Both the position numbers and the translations under genes were made by a program. DNA of 64,000 nucleotides, from contig CAVSZB010000007.1 in assembly GCA_963732385.1 (NCBI GenBank), forward strand, positions 1,408,001 to 1,472,000, written 5' to 3'. Positions 57,160-64,000 of this stretch are shown here, piece after piece (positions within the stretch are counted from its first letter, which is position 1; every line of letters begins with the position of its first letter). The DNA is from an uncultured bacterium. Lineage in GTDB: Bacteria; Krumholzibacteriota; Krumholzibacteriia; LZORAL124-64-63. The notes beneath the pieces are model-generated. The model saw only the letters and a program-made list of their open reading frames with translations. It was not told the origin of the DNA and did no database searches.

Positions 57160-59991
57160 TCACTTTGTCAACATCATCTTGCGGGTGGCGACCTGCCCGC
57201 CGCTGGCCAGCCGCGCCAGATAGGCCCCCGACGGCACCGCCCGACCTGCGTCATCGAGGCCATCCCACTCGTACGTTGCCGTTCCGGCCGGCAGATCGTC
57301 CCGCACCAGGGCCCGCACGCGACGTCCCTGCAGATCGAGGATCTCCACCGTCGTCAGGCCGGGAACCGCCAGCGTGAAACTGATCTGAGTGAACGGGTTG
57401 AAGGGGTTCGGATGGTTGCCGGCCAGCCGGAACGCCGGCGGCGGGCCGCCCGAGGCGTCGACGATCAGTTCCACCGGCAAGACAGCGGGGCTGCCGGCGG
57501 CGTCGTGCACGATGACGAGCACTGCGGCGTACGTCCCTTCCGCCAGGACGGCGGCGTCGAAGTCGAGGGTCAGCATCTGCTCGATCCCCTGCGCGACGGA
57601 GCCCGCAAACGGCTCGACCGTCAGCCACGGCACGGGGTCGTAGACCAGGACATCGCCATCGCTCACATCGACCACCGATCCGTCGGGAACCCCCACCCGC
57701 AGGCGCAGGTTCGCGGTCGCGGGGCCGGTCACCGGCCAGTCAAAGACGCCGTCGTTCGGGATCGCGGCAACGAGCGTCTCCCACGTGGATCCCCCGTCGC
57801 GACTCCCGTCCAGGGTCACGTCAGGCACCAGACCGGTGTGGTTCCAGGTGATGGTCGCGGTCTCCCCGACCGGCCACAACTCGCCGCCGGCTGGCGAGGT
57901 CACCGTGAGAGTCGGACCGGAAGGTGGCGCCAGCGTGAACAGCCCGCTCACGACGTGGGGGGCATCGCCATTGATGTCGCCGGCAAGGGTGAAGGGAATA
58001 CTCAGGGCGCCTTCCAGACCGGCGGCAAAAGTCACGTTCACGGTGGCGGTGGCCGTCTGACCCTCGCCCCAGACATTTCCGTAGTCCCCGTTCCGGTCGG
58101 TCCAGGTGACGAAGGCGCCGTCTCCGATCGAGCCGTCGGTCACGAGGGGGCCGTCCGTGCCGCCGACGAAGTCGGTCGAACCGGTCACCGTCACGCCGGC
58201 CGGGAAGTCGATCGCCGCGCTCACCAGCCACTCATCGTCGGGACTCGGATTCGTCACGGTCAGCGCCAGCGTGGCGCCCGCGCCCGGCAGATAGGCGGCC
58301 GGGCTGCTGACGACCATCGCTCCGGCGATGCTCTTGCCCCCCCCCGCCGTCGGCAGCGCCAGCATGGTCGCGGCCGTGTAGTGGATGAGGGAGCCGATTT
58401 CGCCTGAGTTCGCGAGCCTGACCTCCGCGCTGCCGGTCTCGCCCGGACCGAGCGTCCGGCTGACCGACTCCTGAGACACCGTCAGCAACGGATCTGCCGG
58501 ACCGGGCGTGACGGTGAGGGTATAGCCCTGCGGCGCCCCACCGATCGCCCCGTTGCCCACCACGAACCCGAGCGCCGCGATTTCGGACAGCGGCACGGGG
58601 AGGCTGGCGTCGCCGTCATTCGCAGCGTCGAGGATGATCGGATGGAACAGGGCCGTGCCGTCGGTCCGGGTGATGACCGCCGTCAGGCGCAACTGCGAAC
58701 CGTCGGCGCCGGCGAACTGCACGCGCACGCGGCCCGTCACGGTCGGCAGCGATATGCAGCGCACGAAACCGGCGGCCAGGTAGGACACCGACCCGCCGAC
58801 CGCCGCCGGGTAGGCGGCCAGCGTGGCGGCCGGACCGGTGGGATACGCCGCGGCCTCGCCATACCCGGCCCCGGCCACGGCGCGCGTGCCGGTGAGAAAA
58901 TTCCAGGCGGCGAAGGTCGGCCAGCCCAGCGCCACCGACGACCCGCGGTCAGTGAGCATATGATTGTAGGAGACCATCACGGGCTCGCCCTGATGCGTCT
59001 TCCGCCGGTTCCAGAAGTCGATGATGATCTGGTTGCCCCAGGTCTCGGTCAGCCAGTGCTGGAAGACGCAGTCCTCGTAGGAACCGCCGGCGCCCCCGTT
59101 GTCCAGCGAGGTCGCGGGGGCGCTGATAGGACTGCCAATGGGCAGGTAATTGTAGTAATCATTCACAAAGTCGTACGCGACGTCCTCCATCCAGGTCGCG
59201 TCGAGCTCCACCCAGCCCCCCTCCGACCAGAGCGACCCCGCCCGCTGCGAGGCGTGCTTGAATTCGTGCGCCACCGTCACTTTGGCCGCGCCCCACTGAT
59301 TCCCCTCGGGATCGGTGTTGGGCGGAAAATCGAGATACGTGTTGTGCAGGGTGATCCGCGTGGCACCGGTCGGGAAAGTGAGAGGCGTGGTATAGCCGTA
59401 GAAGCCCATGGCCTCGAAATTGATCTGATAGCGTCCGGAGCCGAGCGGGGGCGGGGTGAAACCGAGCGTCTCGATCTCGTAGATCCAGCACTCGTCGCAA
59501 TAGGACGCCACCTTCTCGACAAAGTCCGGAATGCCGTTGGCAGGCGTGGTGTCGGTCGCCGGGACGGCGTTCGTGCCGATCGTGTCGTAGGTCAGCGTGA
59601 AGTGACCGCCGGGACTGTTGTAGATCGCCTTGTCGGCCCCCTCCGGCGCGGGCGCCAGCCAGGCATCGATCCGCGTGACCTCCGCCGGCGCCAGCCGGCC
59701 GCGCATCCGCTCGAACTCGGCGATCAGCGCCGTGCCGCACTTGAGCGGCACCCGCCTCTCCACCTGGAAGCGGGCCGGCAGCGTTTCCGGCGCGAAGCCG
59801 TAGGCGAATTTGCAGACCAGCGCCTCCCCCTCCGAGATCTCCCCCGCGGCGACCGCGGCCTCCACGCCGGCCAGAAAACGCACGCCGGCGTTCGGGAGCA
59901 CGGCAGAGTCGCGAGCGAAGGCGGAACCAGGCGAAAGCCCGCCACCCGGAGCCGGGAAGGCCAACAGGATGAGCAAAAGGCGACGGTTCAT
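57160..59991 (-). CDS. secreted zinc metalloprotease-like protein with C-terminal FlgD-Ig domain
   Basis: Signal peptide, KCGT pro-motif, NGIPDFVE, AHEFKHASQ...W.ELDATWMED (HEXXH plus E), an SPAGGE module, NHPNPFNP tail. Confidence 0.83.
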   Translation of the reverse strand: MNRRLLLILLAFPAPGGGLSPGSAFARDSAVLPNAGVRFLAGVEAAVAAGEISEGEALVCKFAYGFAPETLPARFQVERRVPLKCGTALIAEFERMRGRLAPAEVTRIDAWLAPAPEGADKAIYNSPGGHFTLTYDTIGTNAVPATDTTPANGIPDFVEKVASYCDECWIYEIETLGFTPPPLGSGRYQINFEAMGFYGYTTPLTFPTGATRITLHNTYLDFPPNTDPEGNQWGAAKVTVAHEFKHASQRAGSLWSEGGWVELDATWMEDVAYDFVNDYYNYLPIGSPISAPATSLDNGGAGGSYEDCVFQHWLTETWGNQIIIDFWNRRKTHQGEPVMVSYNHMLTDRGSSVALGWPTFAAWNFLTGTRAVAGAGYGEAAAYPTGPAATLAAYPAAVGGSVSYLAAGFVRCISLPTVTGRVRVQFAGADGSQLRLTAVITRTDGTALFHPIILDAANDGDASLPVPLSEIAALGFVVGNGAIGGAPQGYTLTVTPGPADPLLTVSQESVSRTLGPGETGSAEVRLANSGEIGSLIHYTAATMLALPTAGGGKSIAGAMVVSSPAAYLPGAGATLALTVTNPSPDDEWLVSAAIDFPAGVTVTGSTDFVGGTDGPLVTDGSIGDGAFVTWTDRNGDYGNVWGEGQTATATVNVTFAAGLEGALSIPFTLAGDINGDAPHVVSGLFTLAPPSGPTLTVTSPAGGELWPVGETATITWNHTGLVPDVTLDGSRDGGSTWETLVAAIPNDGVFDWPVTGPATANLRLRVGVPDGSVVDVSDGDVLVYDPVPWLTVEPFAGSVAQGIEQMLTLDFDAAVLAEGTYAAVLVIVHDAAGSPAVLPVELIVDASGGPPPAFRLAGNHPNPFNPFTQISFTLAVPGLTTVEILDLQGRRVRALVRDDLPAGTATYEWDGLDDAGRAVPSGAYLARLASGGQVATRKMMLTK

Positions 59992-60285
59992 ATCCTGCCC
60001 CTGAAAGAGGATGCAACATCGCAGCCGGCATATCGACAAATTCTGGCGAGGAGCCGCGGGCGGGCCGGAAAGCGAACCCCCTAAAATGCACCCAACCCAA
60101 TAGTAACATATGGAGATAAGCCTTGTGCCGCCGAAATTGTTTTCTCCGCCCAGGTGCTCTCATTGGTCTTTTCGTCCGGCGCGAACCGGCCAATTCCGGC
60201 TGGTTGTCGGCTGGGAATCCGGCCGGAAACAACTTCGGCTGCGCCATATTTTGAACATCTGAAATCATTACGGAGCGTGGTGAGG

Positions 60286-60313
60286 TTGACATCCGACCCT
60301 ATTCCGGTACCTT
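60286..60313 (+). promoter_or_regulatory. putative promoter of the mltF-like gene
   Basis: TTGACA-N16-TACCTT ends 7 nt before the ATG at 60321. Confidence 0.5.
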
Positions 60314-60320
60314 TCTCCAC

Positions 60321-62009
60321 ATGTCCATCTCACAGCCGCGCCTGACTCCGGCGACCCGAGGTCGACCAACGCGGCGGGTGACGCGATCCCTGCGGGTGCT
60401 CGCTCTGCTCGTCCTCTCCGGAGTCCTGGCCCTCCCCAGACTGCTGCTCTTCCCGGCTCTGCCGGTCCTGCCCGGGTGGTTCTCCATCCCCGGTCTGGCC
60501 ACCATTTCGGCTTTGGCCGGAGGCTGCACGGCGGTCGGGGAGTTGCGGCATGAACTGGCGGCGGCGGGTCCGGCGGTGCCGCGGCCCCAGGTGATGCGTG
60601 ACTTCGACCGGATCCGGCTCGGCGGCACCCTGCGGATGGTCACCCGGGCGAGCGCCAGCAGCTACTTCGTCCACAAGGGGGACGACGCCGGCTTCGAGTT
60701 CGAACTCCTGCGCGACTTCGCGCGGTCGTGGAATCTGAAACTCGAGGTGCTGGTCGTCGACCCGCGGGCCGATCTGATCTCGATTCTTAACAGCGGACAG
60801 GCGGACGTGGCGGCATCGGACCTCGATGTCGATCCCGAGGAGGCCCGGTTCGCCGCCTTCACGAGCCCCTGCAGCCTGGTGCGGCAGGTCCTCGTGCTCA
60901 GGGGCATCGATCCCCGGCCCCGCAACCTCGAGGCGCTCAACGACCTGGCGATCCACGCTCCCGCCGGTTCGGCCGCCTGGCGCGCGGTGGCCGAACTGCG
61001 CGATGCGCTCGGCTATCGCTGCACGCTGGTGCCCTCCGCCCCGGAGCTGTCCGTCGAGGCGTTGATTCAGCGGGTCGCCAGGGGGGAAATCGCGGCCACG
61101 GTGGCGCCGGAGAATCTGGCTCGCGCCGTCCTGCCGCAACTGCCGGGCGCCAGTCTGGGACCGCCGCTCAGCCAGGAGCAGCCGGTCGCCTGGCTGGTGC
61201 GCGACAACAGCCCCGACCTGCTTTCAGCCCTCGACCTCTTCCTGCAGGGGCAGTTCCAGGTCACGGAAGAGGGGGAGCGGCACAGCCTGGCCTACGGATC
61301 GCTTTACGACCGCTATTTCGCCTATCCGGACCGGAGAGGGGTGCAGACCGCCACCGACCGGCCCGACCTGGGCGGCCGACTCTGCCAATATGACGACCTC
61401 ATCCGTGCCGTGGCGGACAGCGCCGGCGTCGACTGGCGGCTGGTGGCGGCGATCATCCACGCGGAGTCGCGTTTCGATCCCCGGGCGGTCAGCCCGGCTG
61501 GCGCGGTCGGCCTGATGCAGGTCCTGCCCTGGAGCGGACGCCCGCCCGCGTGGCAGCTGCGTGACCCCGCCGTCAACGTCCGCGCCGGAGTCCGCCATCT
61601 GATGGCGGTCTACCAGAGTTTTGCCAATCTCGACTCGCTCGACCGCTGGCGTCTGACCCTGGCCACCTATCACGCCGGCATCGGCAACGTCCTGGAGGCG
61701 CGCGACCGGGCCCGGGCCGCGGGGCGCGATCCCCATCGCTGGGATAACGGCGTGGCGTACGGCATGCTGCTGCTGACGAAGGAGAGCCAGGCGGGAACCG
61801 GCCCGGCGTTCCATGGGATGGGCACCATCGAGTATGTCAGGCGGGTGACCGAGCGGTATCGGCGCTACTGCGGCGTGACTCCGCGCAACTCCCCCTCCGG
61901 CTGGCGATCTCCCGCCCTGCCGGTGGACCAGGCAACGACCGGTCCGTTCCGCCCCGCCGGCGATCCGCGCGGCGGAACGTTGGCGCTGGCGACCCGGCTG
62001 GCGCCGTAG
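60321..62009 (+). CDS. MltF-like lytic transglycosylase (SBP family 3 domain plus SLT domain)
   Basis: GFEFELLRDFA binding domain; DWRLVAAIIHAESRFDP, GAVGLMQV, TYHAG, IEYVRRV. Confidence 0.88.
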   Translation: MSISQPRLTPATRGRPTRRVTRSLRVLALLVLSGVLALPRLLLFPALPVLPGWFSIPGLATISALAGGCTAVGELRHELAAAGPAVPRPQVMRDFDRIRLGGTLRMVTRASASSYFVHKGDDAGFEFELLRDFARSWNLKLEVLVVDPRADLISILNSGQADVAASDLDVDPEEARFAAFTSPCSLVRQVLVLRGIDPRPRNLEALNDLAIHAPAGSAAWRAVAELRDALGYRCTLVPSAPELSVEALIQRVARGEIAATVAPENLARAVLPQLPGASLGPPLSQEQPVAWLVRDNSPDLLSALDLFLQGQFQVTEEGERHSLAYGSLYDRYFAYPDRRGVQTATDRPDLGGRLCQYDDLIRAVADSAGVDWRLVAAIIHAESRFDPRAVSPAGAVGLMQVLPWSGRPPAWQLRDPAVNVRAGVRHLMAVYQSFANLDSLDRWRLTLATYHAGIGNVLEARDRARAAGRDPHRWDNGVAYGMLLLTKESQAGTGPAFHGMGTIEYVRRVTERYRRYCGVTPRNSPSGWRSPALPVDQATTGPFRPAGDPRGGTLALATRLAP

Positions 62010-62043
62010 CCGCGCGCGATCCACGCCTCACCGCAACTCGCCC

Positions 62044-62412
62044 CTACGGCCCGGGCGCCGGCGCCGGGCCGTCGGTCGCGAGCTCCTCCAACAGCGCGTG
62101 CGCCCGCCTCAGGTGCGGGATCACGATCGACCCGCCAACGATCAGCCCCACGTCGAAGACCTCCATCAGTTCCGCCTCCGTGACCCCCTCCTCGAGGCAG
62201 CGAATCACGTGGTAACTGATGCAGTCGTCGCAGCGCAGGACCATCGAGGCGGCCAGGCCGAGCATCTCCTTGGTGCGGGCCGGCAGGGCGCCGTCCTCGT
62301 AGCAACGACCATCGAGATTGAAAAACCGCTTCGTGATCAGGGTGCCGCGCTCGTGGATGCGGGCGTTCATCCGCTCGCGGAAGACGCGGAACTCCTCCTG
62401 ACGCTTGCTCAC
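62044..62412 (-). CDS. carboxymuconolactone decarboxylase / AhpD-like protein
   Basis: KRFFNLD, TKEMLGL...LRCDDCISYH, VGGSIVIPH; GTG start with GGAGG RBS, coupled to the upstream stop. Confidence 0.87.
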   Translation of the reverse strand: MSKRQEEFRVFRERMNARIHERGTLITKRFFNLDGRCYEDGALPARTKEMLGLAASMVLRCDDCISYHVIRCLEEGVTEAELMEVFDVGLIVGGSIVIPHLRRAHALLEELATDGPAPAPGP

Positions 62413-63749
62413 GAAACACCTCCCGGTCGACGACGGATCCGGCGCCAGAGCGCCAGCGACGAGAACGACGCCGCCATGAACAGGCCGAAGGCGAGCCAGA
62501 AGACGGCCCGCAACCCGAACAGCTCGTAGACGACGAAACCGGCGAGCGGCCCGAGCGTGCCGCGGATGCCGACCATCGCCACGTGGATCCCCTGATAGTA
62601 CCCCCCCTGCCCCGGCGGCGCGAACGCCATCGAGCCCACGTTCCAGGCGATGTTCACGCCGGCCATCCCGACCGAGTAGAACGCGAACGCCAGGTAGACC
62701 AGCCGCACCGGCGCCGCCAGGGGCAGCGCTCCGGCGAGGTCGAGCACGACAGGATAGAGCGCCAGGATCGCGAAAGCGACGGCGCAGAGCCGCACGGGAT
62801 GGTAGCGGTCCATCAGCCGGCCCACGGCCGGGCCAAGCAGCGCGACGGCGATCTGCCCGATCAGCACCCGCGCCGTGGAGATCTCGTGGTAGCTCAGCCG
62901 CAGTTGCTCGGTCAGGAAGATCGGCACGATCGGGCTGAGACACATGAAGGCGGCGCCGTAGGTCATGAAGTTGACCTCGAACCAGTTGAAATCGCGATCC
63001 TCGCGGTAGATGCGCATGGCGTCAGCGAACGGTCGCCCCAGGCCGCGCCAGATCCGCCCCGGCGTGAACGGCCCGACCGCCCGCGGCGGCAGCGACAGCA
63101 TGCCGAACAGGCGCGCGCCGCGCGGCTCCGGCGGCGTCCCCTCCGGTTCCGGCGCCCGCGATAACAGATAGAGAAAGACGAAGCCGCACACCCCGAGCAC
63201 CGCGTAGATGATCCGGAACAGATCGGGGTCGCGGTCGAGCATCCGGCCGATCACCAGACTCGCCACCACCGCCACGCCGTTCTGGATCGCCGTGCCGATG
63301 CCGAAGTAGCGCCCCTGCAGCGTCGGCCGGAAGTTGCGCTGGAAGATCGCGTTCTGGGCCGGGTAGACCATCGCCGAGAAGAAATACACCACGGCCAGCA
63401 GGCACGACATCTGCACCGCATCGTGCACGAACAACGCCAGCACCATCACCAGCCGCCCGAGCACCCCGGCCCAGACCAGGTAGGCGCGCCGATGCCCCCG
63501 CGTCGCCAGCAGATGTCCCCAGTACAGCGCCAGGAACATCCCCACGTTGTCGAGCATCACCGAGAGCGTGATCAGACTGCCCGGCGCCCGCAGACTCTTG
63601 GCCAGGACGTACGGGATCAGCAGATAGCCGGCCCACCACAGCCCCTGGAATGCCATGCCGACCAGGAAACGACGCAGCGTGGCGCGCTCCAGCGGGGTGG
63701 GATCGACGCGTCCGGCGAAACTGTCGCGCAGCGGGGCCCACAGATCCAT
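62409..63749 (-). CDS. MFS transporter
   Basis: About 12 hydrophobic segments; GRMLDRD and GRLMDRY motif A-like loops. Confidence 0.82.
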   Translation of the reverse strand: MDLWAPLRDSFAGRVDPTPLERATLRRFLVGMAFQGLWWAGYLLIPYVLAKSLRAPGSLITLSVMLDNVGMFLALYWGHLLATRGHRRAYLVWAGVLGRLVMVLALFVHDAVQMSCLLAVVYFFSAMVYPAQNAIFQRNFRPTLQGRYFGIGTAIQNGVAVVASLVIGRMLDRDPDLFRIIYAVLGVCGFVFLYLLSRAPEPEGTPPEPRGARLFGMLSLPPRAVGPFTPGRIWRGLGRPFADAMRIYREDRDFNWFEVNFMTYGAAFMCLSPIVPIFLTEQLRLSYHEISTARVLIGQIAVALLGPAVGRLMDRYHPVRLCAVAFAILALYPVVLDLAGALPLAAPVRLVYLAFAFYSVGMAGVNIAWNVGSMAFAPPGQGGYYQGIHVAMVGIRGTLGPLAGFVVYELFGLRAVFWLAFGLFMAASFSSLALWRRIRRRPGGVS

Positions 63750-63889
63750 GTCATCACCCGGCGGGAAGATCAGCGTTCCCGTCACCGGTTGCCAGCGAAA
63801 AGCCGGGCGGGTACCATTGCCGCGCATCAGCCGAATGCGCGCGCGGTCCCAGCCGTGACCGCATCCGCCACATCAGCCCGGGAGTCATT

Positions 63890-64000
63890 GTGCCCCCGTT
63901 CCCAACGCCTGTCGTAACCATCTTCGGCACCTGGGCCGTCTACGCTCTCGTCTGCCTCGTGCTCGCCTGCGCCCAGGCCGTCTACGTGCTGTTCGGCTTC
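63890..64000 (+). CDS. 5' fragment of a membrane protein, probably TauE/SafE (TSUP) family
   Basis: A GTG after GGGAG opens VPPFPTPVVTIFGTWAVYALVCLVLACAQAVYVLFGF, which runs off the window edge. Confidence 0.5.
   Translation, partial: MPPFPTPVVTIFGTWAVYALVCLVLACAQAVYVLFGF

Overview
High-GC bacterial chromosomal window, densely coding. No rRNA, tRNA, CRISPR array, integrase or transposase is visible. Several secreted proteins end in a PNPFNP/FlgD-Ig domain and one ends in an xWxxVKxxYR tail, which suggests an FCB-group lineage such as Krumholzibacteriota or Latescibacterota (inference). In order, the window holds: a partial TolC gene, ggt, a thioesterase and a TrmH methylase; a CzcCBA-type metal efflux block; a GcdR-like LysR-controlled operon (homoisocitrate-dehydrogenase-like enzyme, HMG-CoA-lyase-family enzyme, family III CoA-transferase, two-subunit homoaconitase-like hydratase) carrying five single-base frameshifts; a Ni/Co permease; an hdrA-qmoC-like-hdrA-mvhD-mvhG-mvhA-protease operon behind a Rex/CRP-type box; a sensor kinase; secreted proteins and proteases; MFS transporters; a 43-aa rubredoxin-like ORF missing from the ORF track; a UGA-recoded selenoperoxiredoxin (PrxU) with a SECIS-like hairpin; an M16 peptidase pair; a hybrid kinase; aconitase; RNA-modification genes; and an MltF-like gene. 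The two best candidates for undescribed systems are (i) a possible reversed or synthase-free homocitrate pathway and (ii) a membrane-anchored, possibly quinone-linked Mvh-Hdr hydrogenase whose two HdrA paralogues carry complementary Fe-S domain sets. All functional calls come from reading motifs by eye. No database searches were run.
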